Part shown: piece by piece, positions 55,107-64,000 of the stretch | Layout of the letters: the number at the start of each line of letters is the position of its first letter | Position numbering within the stretch: position 1 is the stretch's first letter | Source: Capsulimonadales bacterium | GTDB lineage: Bacteria > Armatimonadota > Armatimonadia > Armatimonadales > Armatimonadaceae | Length of the DNA: 64,000 nucleotides | Reading direction: 5' to 3' | Assembly (NCBI GenBank): GCA_033762295.1 | Contig: JANRLW010000064.1 | Coordinates: forward strand, 109,214 to 173,213 | The notes under the pieces: generated by a model | Told to the model about the DNA's origin: nothing | Databases searched by the model: none | Seen by the model: the letters and a program-made list of their open reading frames with translations, nothing else | Translations under genes and position numbers: made by a program

Positions 55107-56285
55107 TCAATCCGTGACCAATCTCGTTCGAGCGGCGGACGTCGTCAATGTGTCGTACGACGAGTTGCTCAGGGAGTAGCAACGGATATAGGCATCGATC
55201 ATTCGTTCGAGCGAGTAACCTTTCGACGTACGGCGGGCCTCGGCGGACAGACGATCTCGAAGGGCGGCGTCGCCCAGAAGGCGCTTCAATTGCCGGGCAA
55301 ACGCCTCGACGTCGCCGATCGGTGCGATCAGCGCATTCCGTTCCGGAAGGAGAACCTCGTTATTGCCCCGGCAGAGAGTTGAAAGGATCGGGCATCCGGC
55401 GGCCAGAGCTTCGAGGACGGAAAGGCTGAAGTTTTCCGCCTCCGTGGGCAAAATCCAGGCGGTCGCCGCGGCAAGCCAGTCGGGTATGTTCTTTTGCAGA
55501 CCGGCGAAGTGGACCCGGTCCGAAAGGCCTTTCGCGACGACCGCGGCTCGCAGTGGCTTTTCCAGGTTTCCCTGTCCGACGAACGCCAAGTGGGCGCTCG
55601 GATTTGCGGCGACAACCTGGTGAAAGGCCTCCAGCGCATCCATCGGTCGCTTTTGCTCATCCAGTCGTGAAGTGAAGACCACGAGTGGGGTGTCGGGAGC
55701 GAGACCAAGGGTGCCACGAGGAATATCGGGATCGCCGTGACGGAATCGCTCCACGTCAATACAGTTGTGGATGGTGGTCACGGTCTCTTCGGGTAGACCG
55801 AGAGAAACCTGCATCCTTCGACTATGATGGGAAGGGCAGATGACCTGATGAAAAACCCGGGGAGCCATCTTCGCCCAGGCGCGGGCGCGGGATGGCTCCA
55901 AAGTTTCCCGCGGGCTATGAATGGTGACAAAACTACGCGGCACCGACAACAGACGCATTACCTGCGGGACCGAACGCGGCAGGCAGACATCACCCGTATG
56001 AAGATGAAGGATGGAGGCGCGATACCGCATAAACAGACGGACCAGATTCCCAAAATCCTGATTCGAGTGCCGGGCATCGGATCGCACCCACGGCGTGCGC
56101 ACTACGGGCAGACCCCGGCGGCGGCACTCCTCCGCAAAGCCCACGGTCGTCTCCAGTTCGGGCACAATCAGTCGGACCGTTCGTCCCCGCTGCGCCATGC
56201 CGGTTGCCAATTCCAGCATCTGAACCGCATCGCCGCCATGCCCAAGCAGGAAACCGATGTAAAGAATTTCTGTCGCCGTTCTCAA
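55107..56285 (-). CDS. Glycosyltransferase family 4
   Basis: [23 protein letters not shown] (E-x7-E). Confidence 0.88.
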   Translation of the reverse strand: MRTATEILYIGFLLGHGGDAVQMLELATGMAQRGRTVRLIVPELETTVGFAEECRRRGLPVVRTPWVRSDARHSNQDFGNLVRLFMRYRASILHLHTGDVCLPRSVPQVMRLLSVPRSFVTIHSPRETLEPSRARAWAKMAPRVFHQVICPSHHSRRMQVSLGLPEETVTTIHNCIDVERFRHGDPDIPRGTLGLAPDTPLVVFTSRLDEQKRPMDALEAFHQVVAANPSAHLAFVGQGNLEKPLRAAVVAKGLSDRVHFAGLQKNIPDWLAAATAWILPTEAENFSLSVLEALAAGCPILSTLCRGNNEVLLPERNALIAPIGDVEAFARQLKRLLGDAALRDRLSAEARRTSKGYSLERMIDAYIRCYSLSNSSYDTLTTSAARTRLVTD

Positions 56286-56409
56286 AGCGGTCGCTTCCCA
56301 TCCGATTCAGTTTGAAATCGGAAAGAGCATAAATCGTACCGTAGAGGCCCACATACATAAAATTGTACCATAAATTGTACATGGTTGCAGAGGGAAGTGT
56401 ACGTTCCTG

Positions 56410-56442
56410 CCGTCCGCCTACCTGACAGGGGACGGGGACGGT
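56410..56442 (+). repeat. 33-bp direct repeat, copy 1
   Basis: CCGTCCGCCTACCTGACAGGGGACGGGGACGGT, identical to 56907-56939. Confidence 0.95.
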
Positions 56443-56452
56443 CAAAGACCGG

Positions 56453-56587
56453 ATGTCCGCCCTCGACCGTTACCACCAATCCGTCGTTAACGCACTGATC
56501 AAAGACGGCTGGACGATAACGCATCAACCGCTCACCCTGACGGTCGAATTCCGCATGGTGCGAGTGGATATCAGGGCGGAACGCTGA
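56453..56587 (+). pseudogene. xisH: Truncated XisH-family protein (N-terminal 44 aa)
   Basis: Manual translation MSALDRYHQSVVNALIKDGWTITHQPLTL...VDIRAER*, matching the XisH N-terminus A.D.YH..V..AL.KDGWTIT..P. Confidence 0.75.
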
Positions 56588-56847
56588 GCCACTTCAGTAT
56601 CGTTGCCGTTATGGATCGTGACCAGGATCGGTACCTGTTGCAGGAAATCAGTGAGCGGAATAACCTGCAAATTTCACGAACACTCGCCCATTTGCAGATT
56701 GCCAACGGAAAGATCCGCATCGAATTCGACGCGACGGAACGCGGAATCGCCACCGATCCGGTCGCGGCGGGTATTCCCAAGGACCGGATCGTGCTTGCCT
56801 TTTACCCGCCTGCGCTCCGAGAGATGGGAGAATTTTCCGTGGCCTGA
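56588..56847 (+). pseudogene. xisI: 5'-truncated XisI-family protein
   Basis: DRDQDRYLL...HLQIANGKIRIE.D.TE.GIA...V.AGIPKDRIVLAF.PP..R....F.VA; normal N-terminus missing. Confidence 0.75.
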
Positions 56848-56906
56848 TCACGGAAACCGACGGAGGTCTCCGATGTTTCCTCCCGAGGGCGGTCCGGGCG
56901 TTTCGA

Positions 56907-56939
56907 CCGTCCGCCTACCTGACAGGGGACGGGGACGGT
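56907..56939 (+). repeat. 33-bp direct repeat, copy 2
   Basis: Identical to 56410-56442. Confidence 0.95.
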
Positions 56940-56947
56940 GGTATAAT
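56919..56947 (+). promoter_or_regulatory. Leaderless sigma70 promoter of polB
   Basis: CTGACA-N17-TATAAT with TG extension; ATG 6 nt downstream; no SD. Confidence 0.7.
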
Positions 56948-56953
56948 CGGGCG

Positions 56954-59221
56954 ATGCGCCGCCCCGCTCCTTCCGAACCCGCCGACGAGACCGTTCCCTC
57001 CGCCAAAGACCGGATGGAACAGGCGCTTTTCGGTCAGGACGCCACGCAACGCATCGTCGCCGTCGAGACCGATACCGACCCCGGCGAAACCGCCGTCCTG
57101 TTTCTCCGGCAGAAAAACGGCACGACGAAGCAGCAGGTCGTCGAATTCCGACCCTGGATCGCCCTGCGCGAGGAACGCGTCCTCCCCGAAGCCGAGGTCC
57201 GGCAACTCGATGGCAACGGATACCCGTTCCTCATTACGTTCGCCTCCTGGAAAGCCTATCAGAACGGCCGGCGTATCCTCTCCACCGAACAGCGGGACTA
57301 TCTGAATTACGGGTCCGCCGTCAAGCAATACCTGATCTCGACCGGGCAGACCCTGTTCAAAGGCATGGCGTTCCCTGATATCTGCCGGATGCAGATCGAT
57401 ATCGAGACGACCACCCTCTCACCGCAGAACCCGGAAGCCTGCATCTTTCTGATTGTCGCTTCGGACAACCGGGGCAACGAGGCGGTTCTAACCGGCGATG
57501 AGCGCGAGATTCTCGTCGAACTGACCCGACTGGTGCAGAAGTGGGACCCGGATATCCTCGAGGGACACAATATCTACGCGTTCGACCTGCCCTGGATTCG
57601 GGCGCGGGCGAAAGCCCTTGGCGTGACCCTGCTCTGGGGGCGGGAGGACGAGCGCACCGCTGAACGCCCGGAGGTGCAGGTCGGCTCGGAACGCAACTGC
57701 GCGATCGGCGCGAACTCCCGTCCGTTCCTGCCGCACTATATCTGGGGCCGTCACATCGTCGATACCCTGTTTCAGACACAACGGTTCGATCTGGCGCGGG
57801 GGGAAATCTCCTCCTACGGCCTGAAGGAGTGCGCTCAACACTACCATATCGCCGAACCGAACCGCGTCTACCTCGACCGGGCGCAGATTCTGGACCTGTA
57901 CCGTGACGACCCGGAGAACGTCCGCGCCTACGCCACCGCCGACGTTCGCGAGACGCGCCGTCTCGCCGAGATCGTTTGCCCGACGGAGTTCTACCAGACG
58001 CAGATGGTCCCCGATACCTATCAGAGCGTGGCCGTCACCGGCAGCGGCGAGAAAATCAACTCGATCTTCGTGCGCGCCTATCTGCATCGCGGATGCGCGG
58101 TCGCCCGACAGCAGGCGCCCGTCCCCTATGCCGGCGGATATACCGAGATGCTCCATGCAGGGGTCTTCCGGCGAATCGTCAAGGCGGACGTCGAATCGCT
58201 GTACCCGTCGATCATGCTACTGCACCGGATTACGTCGGCCTCGGACACGCTCGATCTGTTTCTCCCGATGCTCGACGAACTGAAACGACGGCGCATCTCG
58301 GCCAAGAAGCGGGCGCAACAGGCTGCGGAAGGGAACGATGCCCGCCGGGCCGCCTACTGGGACGGATTGCAGGGCTCGTATAAACTGCTCATCAACTCCT
58401 TTTACGGGTACCTCGGCGCGCCGTTCTATTTCAACGATTATGCCGCCGCCGCGAAGGTGACCGAGATCGGTCAGGATATCGTCAAGCGGATCGCCGCCGA
58501 CCTGCAGGAACGGTCGGCAAAGGTCATCGAGATCGACACCGATGGCGTCTACTTCGTCCCGCCCGACGCAGTGCACGGACCGGAGCAGGAGATCGCGTTC
58601 GTGGAGACGGTCGGAAAGACCCTGGAGGACGGCATCCGTCTGGCGTTCGACGGTCGTTACGATTACATGCTCTCGCTCAAGGCGAAGAACTACGTTCTCG
58701 TCTCCTACGATGGCAAAAAGACGTTCAAAGGTTCGTCGCTTCGCTCCCGCGCCGACGAGCGGTTCGGGCGTCGCTTTCTGACCCAGGCCGTCGATTGCCT
58801 GCTGGAAGGGGATGTGAACGGTCTATCCGGTCTGTATGCCGACCTGCAAGCGAAACTCGAACGGCGGGAACTCGGTATCGAGGAGATCGCGCGGCGCGAA
58901 CGCGTCACCGAGAACACATTCAAAAGCGATGCCAAGAAGCGAAACGCCGAGGCGATGAGGGGACTGTCCGTCGGCGATTACGCGATCCTCTATCAGCGCG
59001 AGGACAAGTCGCTCGCCCTGGCGTCGGACTACGCCGACGATGAGGATATCGAATATTACCAGACGAAACTTTATAAGTTCGCCGAACGTCTGAGGCCGGC
59101 CATCGAAGGACATGAGACGATTCGAGCCGGTTTTGAAACGCTGTTCCCGAAACCGTTGACCGGAGCGAGACGAAAGGCGAAAGAGGCCGCCAAACAGCAG
59201 ATGAGCCTCTTTGAAATGTGA
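56954..59221 (+). CDS. polB: Family B DNA polymerase with 3'-5' exonuclease (Pol II-like)
   Basis: IDIET, GHNIYAFD, Y..AD exonuclease motifs; DVESLYPS, K..INSFYG, IDTDG polymerase motifs; C-terminal QMSLF. Confidence 0.92.
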   Translation: MRRPAPSEPADETVPSAKDRMEQALFGQDATQRIVAVETDTDPGETAVLFLRQKNGTTKQQVVEFRPWIALREERVLPEAEVRQLDGNGYPFLITFASWKAYQNGRRILSTEQRDYLNYGSAVKQYLISTGQTLFKGMAFPDICRMQIDIETTTLSPQNPEACIFLIVASDNRGNEAVLTGDEREILVELTRLVQKWDPDILEGHNIYAFDLPWIRARAKALGVTLLWGREDERTAERPEVQVGSERNCAIGANSRPFLPHYIWGRHIVDTLFQTQRFDLARGEISSYGLKECAQHYHIAEPNRVYLDRAQILDLYRDDPENVRAYATADVRETRRLAEIVCPTEFYQTQMVPDTYQSVAVTGSGEKINSIFVRAYLHRGCAVARQQAPVPYAGGYTEMLHAGVFRRIVKADVESLYPSIMLLHRITSASDTLDLFLPMLDELKRRRISAKKRAQQAAEGNDARRAAYWDGLQGSYKLLINSFYGYLGAPFYFNDYAAAAKVTEIGQDIVKRIAADLQERSAKVIEIDTDGVYFVPPDAVHGPEQEIAFVETVGKTLEDGIRLAFDGRYDYMLSLKAKNYVLVSYDGKKTFKGSSLRSRADERFGRRFLTQAVDCLLEGDVNGLSGLYADLQAKLERRELGIEEIARRERVTENTFKSDAKKRNAEAMRGLSVGDYAILYQREDKSLALASDYADDEDIEYYQTKLYKFAERLRPAIEGHETIRAGFETLFPKPLTGARRKAKEAAKQQMSLFEM

Positions 59222-59391
59222 TCGCGCGTCACGCGCCCGCAACGATCGCTCCGCCGTGTCCGGTATAAATAAATCAGCAAAAAACAGTAAAATTACCGTG
59301 AAAATCGGCGAACCTGGAACCCATTCGACGAAACTTCTCAAAGGTACGATAGCTACAAGGCAATCCCCGGTCGCACCAAGGAGAATATCCC

Positions 59392-60045
59392 ATGTTCCTG
59401 TTCGCCCTCTCCCGGTTTCTTCGTCGGTTCCTGACAGCGCTTCCGGTCGGTCTCTTTGTCACTTTTTCCGTTCTTCCCGCCGTCGTCTTCGCTCAGGAGA
59501 CGGTCACCGAAACGACAACCACCACCACGAAAACGGTCACCCGCCGCCGTTTCACGTTCAACGATGAAAACGTGCGCTACCGAACCGGCAACTTGCGCCT
59601 GCGCGTCGGAGCGTTCGTGCCCTATCGTGAGGATGTCCGCGGGGCAACCAGTCACACCCACCTGGCCGGCGGTTTCTCGCTCGATCTGTTCCGGGCGCGC
59701 CTGCGAAAGCAGTCCTTCGTGACGGAACTGTACGCCGACGCGACCGACCGGGCGGAGGGAGGAAGCCGCCTGACCAATGTCGGGGCGGGCCTGGCCTTTC
59801 GGGTCTACACCGGTCCTGGCGATGCCGACAGCCGCGGCTACTTCGGATTGGGTGGTGGCGCGTACCGCGTTCGGTTCGCCGTTCCGAACAGCGGAACGGA
59901 CACCCGGTTCAAGGCCGGCGGAAAGGCGTTCCTGGGCGTCGACACGCCCGGTGGCGCGTTTCTCGAACTGAACTGGACGTTCCTCGAGAAGGAGCGAGGC
60001 TTTGATACCGGCGGAGGAATGGTCCAGGTCGGTTTCCGGCTCTGA
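59392..60045 (+). CDS. Small outer-membrane beta-barrel-like protein
   Basis: Signal VFA-Q, Thr-rich linker, amphipathic strands (YFGLGGGAY), ends QVGFRL; AAGGAG RBS. Confidence 0.65.
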   Translation: MFLFALSRFLRRFLTALPVGLFVTFSVLPAVVFAQETVTETTTTTTKTVTRRRFTFNDENVRYRTGNLRLRVGAFVPYREDVRGATSHTHLAGGFSLDLFRARLRKQSFVTELYADATDRAEGGSRLTNVGAGLAFRVYTGPGDADSRGYFGLGGGAYRVRFAVPNSGTDTRFKAGGKAFLGVDTPGGAFLELNWTFLEKERGFDTGGGMVQVGFRL

Positions 60046-60092
60046 TTGGTTCGGTATCTTTACATACCATGCTCGGACGGCGATAATCAGGT

Positions 60093-60506
60093 ATGAACGA
60101 TACCGAATTTCTCGCCGCCTTCGAGTCGGGAACGCTCCCCGGCGTTCTCTGGACCCATGAGGCCCATGTACGCATGGCCTATCTGTACGCGCGTGACCAT
60201 GCCGATTCCCGATCGCTCCTTGCCCAGGTTCGAGAACGTATTCGATTCCATAATGAGTCTCACGGAAACCGCACCGGTTACCATGAGACCATCACCGTCG
60301 CCTTTCTCGCGTTGATCGTCGAGCGTTTGCGAGCCGGGCAGGGAGCGGGGTCATGGGAGGAGTTCCGCCTTGCCCATGCGGACCTGGTTCGGCAGGGAAT
60401 GGAACCGCTTTACCGCCATTACACTCGTGACGTCCTGTTTTCGGAGGCGGCGCGCGCTTCGTTCGTTCCGCCCGATGCCGCGCCCCTGCCCGTCGATATC
60501 GTTTGA
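60093..60506 (+). CDS. Conserved hypothetical protein
   Basis: FL.AFE...L....W.HEAHVRMAY.Y...YHETIT...F.PPD pattern. Confidence 0.7.
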   Translation: MNDTEFLAAFESGTLPGVLWTHEAHVRMAYLYARDHADSRSLLAQVRERIRFHNESHGNRTGYHETITVAFLALIVERLRAGQGAGSWEEFRLAHADLVRQGMEPLYRHYTRDVLFSEAARASFVPPDAAPLPVDIV

Positions 60507-60523
60507 GAGTGTACGACAGCCAT

Positions 60524-61315
60524 TCATTCGTTTCCGTGGCAGTGATGCTCACGGCTCGCGGCGGTGCTGCCAAGGTCGTCGTTGCGACCGGCGGCGAGTC
60601 GGGCCCACTGCGGCGTCGGACGACCCTCCTTCCCGGACGGCGGCGCGCTTCCGTCCGCCAGCAGCCGGAACGCACAACCGTTGGGGCCGAAGGGTTGCGG
60701 CCAGCCCTCGGGCGAGTCCTCCCACCACTCCTGTCGTCCGTAGGCGGTCATGTCGAGCATCCCATAGGTGCCGCTCATCGGTTCGCAACCGCGACCGGTG
60801 GTCCAGTACGTCTCAAACACGCGGTCGCCGTCGCGCAAGTAACATACCTTCATCCCGAAATGACGCCCGGCGATCAGCCGCTCTTCGGAAGTGTCCGGCA
60901 CACCGTACCACGGCATTTCCCATCCCATGAACTCGCGGTAGCGGTTGCTCTCGTCGTACGGGCCTTCGCAGAAGACGGCGAACGTGACATCGCGCGAATG
61001 CAGGTAGGACAACTCCAGTACCTGGCCGGTGTTGAACGTGCAACCTTCGCACTGTCTGGCAGCAGGGAGGCCCGTATGCCACATGTGGTAGGAAACGAAG
61101 AGCTGGGATCGGCCCTCGAACGTTTCCAGGAGCGAAATCGTTCCGGTACCTCCGACAAGCGGCGTGGTCGGGTCTACCTCGACCATCGGGAGCCGGCGGC
61201 GTGCGGCAGCGATGGCATCGCCCTCACGGGTATGTGCCTTCTCCCGAACACGTAACTCGGAAATCCGCGCCATCCAGGTCTCGCGGTCGACAATCGGGGG
61301 TGTTGCTTTCATCAT
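60524..61315 (-). CDS. DUF899 thioredoxin-like protein
   Basis: EKAHTR..D.IAA.RRRLPMVEV, FEGRSQL, CEGCT, LDMT.YGRQE.WEDSPEGWPQ. Confidence 0.9.
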   Translation of the reverse strand: MMKATPPIVDRETWMARISELRVREKAHTREGDAIAAARRRLPMVEVDPTTPLVGGTGTISLLETFEGRSQLFVSYHMWHTGLPAARQCEGCTFNTGQVLELSYLHSRDVTFAVFCEGPYDESNRYREFMGWEMPWYGVPDTSEERLIAGRHFGMKVCYLRDGDRVFETYWTTGRGCEPMSGTYGMLDMTAYGRQEWWEDSPEGWPQPFGPNGCAFRLLADGSAPPSGKEGRPTPQWARLAAGRNDDLGSTAASREHHCHGNE

Positions 61316-61398
61316 CGTTTCCTTATCATCGGCGTCATTGGGGGTCCACTCACCCCGTAAGCGTCGATCCGGAACGCGGTTTCGAGATGCGCAATGAG

Positions 61399-61686
61399 TT
61401 AACCCGCTCCAAATATTACCGCACGCGTTACGAACGCCTCGCTGCCCGCCAGGATCGCCTGATAGAGGACGAACGGCAAAAGAGCCAGGAGAAGGATGGC
61501 ACAGAAGCGTCCTCGCTCAAGAATCGGGCGCAGCGACCGCTCCTGTCTGCCTCTCCTTCGGGAAACCTCCGCTATCCAGCGGCCCGAAGTGTTCAAGAGG
61601 ATGTTCAGGTCGTCAGAAAGGGTCAGGATTCCTTCGATCAGGACTTTCCGGTAACCGGTCGGTGGGGGAAGACGCAAAGTGGTCAT
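61399..61686 (-). CDS. Hypothetical small protein with one hydrophobic segment
   Basis: 95-aa ORF downstream of the ECF sigma; no recognised motif. Confidence 0.3.
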   Translation of the reverse strand: MTTLRLPPPTGYRKVLIEGILTLSDDLNILLNTSGRWIAEVSRRRGRQERSLRPILERGRFCAILLLALLPFVLYQAILAGSEAFVTRAVIFGAG

Positions 61687-61765
61687 GGTAAGCGTTTACG
61701 ATCCTTCCTGGTTTCGCAAGGTGGATTCGTCCCGGTTAAGCATGAACAGAATATCTGCTAGTTTT

Positions 61766-62317
61766 TTATTTGTTAATAGGTATTGTTGTCTCCGTCAAGA
61801 GACACCGTAGTTGGTTGAGGGCTCGTCTACAACGTTTACGTAGGGTGGCACTGGGAACCCCGGTCTTGTGGGAAATCTCATCAAACGTGAAGTGTTGTTC
61901 ATACCGTAGCATCAACAGGTGGCATGCCTGTTGTGGCAGAGATGCCATTGCCTCGTCAAGGGCGCACTGCTCGACCAGCGTCGCAAAGGAACAGGGCCTA
62001 TGGAGCGGGTACTCCGCCCGGCTGTTGCCTTCAACGGCGTGAAGCAGACGATAGTGTTTCCGCCACCTGTCCATCACCTTGTTACGGAGCATACGCAACA
62101 GGTACGGCATCGGTTGTTCGGGAAGCGGTTCACCTCGCACTAACGTTTCCTCCGCAAGATCCGCAAACACGTCCTGAACAACATCCTGAGCGTTCTCTTT
62201 TACCGGGTGTGGTAGACGCATTCGATGGCTACAGAACCACAGTAATACCGGACTATATTCTTCGTGCATACGCTCTAATTTTCTTAGCATATCCTCGGAA
62301 AATCGCCCCTTTTTCAT
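61766..62317 (-). CDS. ECF-type sigma factor, divergent
   Basis: AQDVVQDVF...YLLRMLRNKVMD..RK; LP.....LL.LRY....TFDEIS..TGVP.ATL. Confidence 0.8.
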   Translation of the reverse strand: MKKGRFSEDMLRKLERMHEEYSPVLLWFCSHRMRLPHPVKENAQDVVQDVFADLAEETLVRGEPLPEQPMPYLLRMLRNKVMDRWRKHYRLLHAVEGNSRAEYPLHRPCSFATLVEQCALDEAMASLPQQACHLLMLRYEQHFTFDEISHKTGVPSATLRKRCRRALNQLRCLLTETTIPINK

Positions 62318-62544
62318 CCGATATTTCCCCTTACTCGATTTCCATACACTTCAAGGTATCTCTGCCTATCCGCTCCGAATCGGCGAAATGGGGGAATCCA
62401 CCACGGTAAAAAAACTTGGTGACCTGTCACTATTTGGGCGTTCAAAACGAGTTCTTAGAAGAAGGACGAAACGGAATGCATGTTGTGTGTCGCCCGATTG
62501 GTGCGCAACCGTTGGGGCACGCAGAAAATTTGGAGGATAGCTCA

Positions 62545-63270
62545 ATGTATCGCTATGCAACGGGGTGGGTGAGGGCCTTTCTGTTCGTATTCGCAACTAT
62601 TGCTATTTTAGTCAGTGGTTCAACCACAGCAATCGCACAACGCACAGACTACGGTCCTGCACTCACCTTCACCGGAACTCGTTTCGGTTCCGGTTTTGCC
62701 GAAGGGAACTTTGGATGGACATTTTCGGTGGTTGAACCGGGCTTCATTATCAATCGGATGGGCGTCTGGGACGTCGACGCCGATGGACTGGTAAACAGCC
62801 ATGAGGTCGGGCTTTGGCAGGGAACCACATTGATTGCCACAACTACGGTTGGTCCCACTTCGACCTTAACCCTGGATAACGGGACCGATCTCTGGCGTGT
62901 GAACGAGATTCCCAGCCTGCTACTGACCCCCGGCGATTATACGCTTGCCGCACACTATCTCGGCGGGGATATGGACGATTTCGTCGCGCCAGCGAACGGC
63001 ATAGCAACGATTCCGGAACTGGTTTACGGAACGGCGGTACAGTCCGGCTTCAGCGGCATTATCACGACTCTGGAACTGGAAACCCTAGCACCGGATACTG
63101 GTCGCACTCCCGGATTCTTTGGACCTATCATCGGACACGTCAGCGCTACCGCCCCCGAACCGGGCACACTGGCCTTGGTCGGGTTGGGACTGCTCGGTGG
63201 CGTTCTGGGACGGTGTCGACAATCGTTTCTTCGCTCGTTCGGACGACCACAATTAGGACGACTAAAATAG
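62545..63270 (+). CDS. PEP-CTERM sorting-domain protein
   Basis: Signal AIA-Q; GWTF...MGVWD...GL...HEVGLW; APEPGTLAL, TM, basic tail. Confidence 0.85.
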   Translation: MYRYATGWVRAFLFVFATIAILVSGSTTAIAQRTDYGPALTFTGTRFGSGFAEGNFGWTFSVVEPGFIINRMGVWDVDADGLVNSHEVGLWQGTTLIATTTVGPTSTLTLDNGTDLWRVNEIPSLLLTPGDYTLAAHYLGGDMDDFVAPANGIATIPELVYGTAVQSGFSGIITTLELETLAPDTGRTPGFFGPIIGHVSATAPEPGTLALVGLGLLGGVLGRCRQSFLRSFGRPQLGRLK

Positions 63271-63282
63271 GAGGATAAATTT

Positions 63283-63919
63283 GTGAAGACATTCTCGGTA
63301 TCGACTATAGCCCGCGCCGCTGGGGGGGGGCGTTCTTGCCGTTCTTGCGCTGCTTCCTGTAACCGCTCACGCGCAATATGTCACCCCACGCTCGTATCTA
63401 ACCACACCTCCCGTCAACAGTCTCTATCCTGATGATACGGGCACTCAGCTCACGGATGGACTTCGTGCCACCGGCATATTCCCGACCGATACATACTCAT
63501 GGGTGGGTTGGGATAGCCGATTCGTTGCTGCTCCAGTTATGACATTTTCATTCTTGCCGGGAACGACGGTATCGTCGGTCGATATCGGTCTCAGCGTGAC
63601 GAAAAACGCCGGAATCGCTCTTCCAAGTAGCGTTACCATTAACGGCGAGATATTTAACCTGACAGGGAATGAGTTGGCGGATCAAACCCTGGGCACCGTC
63701 TCGTTTCCACTATCGACGCCATTCTTCGGCTCAGACTTGATAGTTTCTATGACGTATCCTGATCCTACGGGTGGCCCGGGTTTGACCTGGCTATTCGTTG
63801 ATGAGGTTCGGTTCATCGGGTCTTCTGCCTCTGCCGCGCCGGAACCGGGAACACTTGCCCTGTTGAGCAGCCTCGCTATTCCGGGCTTTGCGCTTGCTTT
63901 GCGCCGTCGTCGCTCCTAA
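63283..63919 (+). pseudogene. PEP-CTERM protein frameshifted at a G9 tract (phase-variable or sequencing error)
   Basis: AGGAGG plus GTG at 63283; removing one G at 63322-63330 restores signal ...VLAVLALLPVTAHA-Q in frame with the APEPGTLAL...RRRRS end. Confidence 0.8.
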
Positions 63920-63952
63920 CTTCGCAAACTTGATCTAGAAAGGCAAACATCC

Positions 63953-64000
63953 ATGCAAACAAAACGATTCCTGCCAGGCATCATTCTGGCACTCTTGACC
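63953..64000 (+). CDS. Partial ORF (signal-peptide-like start) running off the window
   Basis: AGAAAGG RBS; MQTKRFLPGIILALLT... Confidence 0.55.
   Translation, partial: MQTKRFLPGIILALLT

Noticed and set aside
56954..59221. polB as part of a prophage, casposon or pipolin
   Set aside because: No integrase, cas1, terminal repeats or phage genes; it has a host clamp-binding motif and a host-type promoter.

Overview
A GC-rich bacterial chromosomal segment. A DUF1559 prepilin with LFPVFAQAR and several APEPG-type PEP-CTERM proteins suggest Armatimonadota (inference). It holds about 55 CDS and one tRNA-Ala(CGC). I saw no CRISPR array, rRNA, transposase or integrase. Housekeeping genes include a tandem QueD/PTPS, folE2, an M16 peptidase, mazG/yabN, a PrsA-like PPIase, gcvPB, a ThyX-like protein, mqnC, uvrC, fucI and a family-B DNA polymerase. 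The strongest candidate for an undescribed system is a copper/metal locus at 36.9-40.7 kb. A CsoR-type operator overlaps a leaderless promoter. That promoter drives a Cys-rich leader protein ending in the RAPP ribosome-arrest motif, and the leader's last codons pair with the Shine-Dalgarno of the next gene. Downstream lie a His/Met periplasmic protein and an outer-membrane barrel fused to two copies of an 8-Cys domain I do not recognise. Other items of note: a Pho-box-like prepilin/cytochrome/phosphatase operon; two candidate structured leader RNAs; an xisH/xisI relic between 33-bp direct repeats that duplicate the polB promoter; a FIST plus GGDEF/EAL pair; an NDP-sugar operon resembling the cyanobacterial HEP island; and a PEP-CTERM gene frameshifted at a G9 tract. 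All assignments come from reading motifs by eye; no database searches were run.
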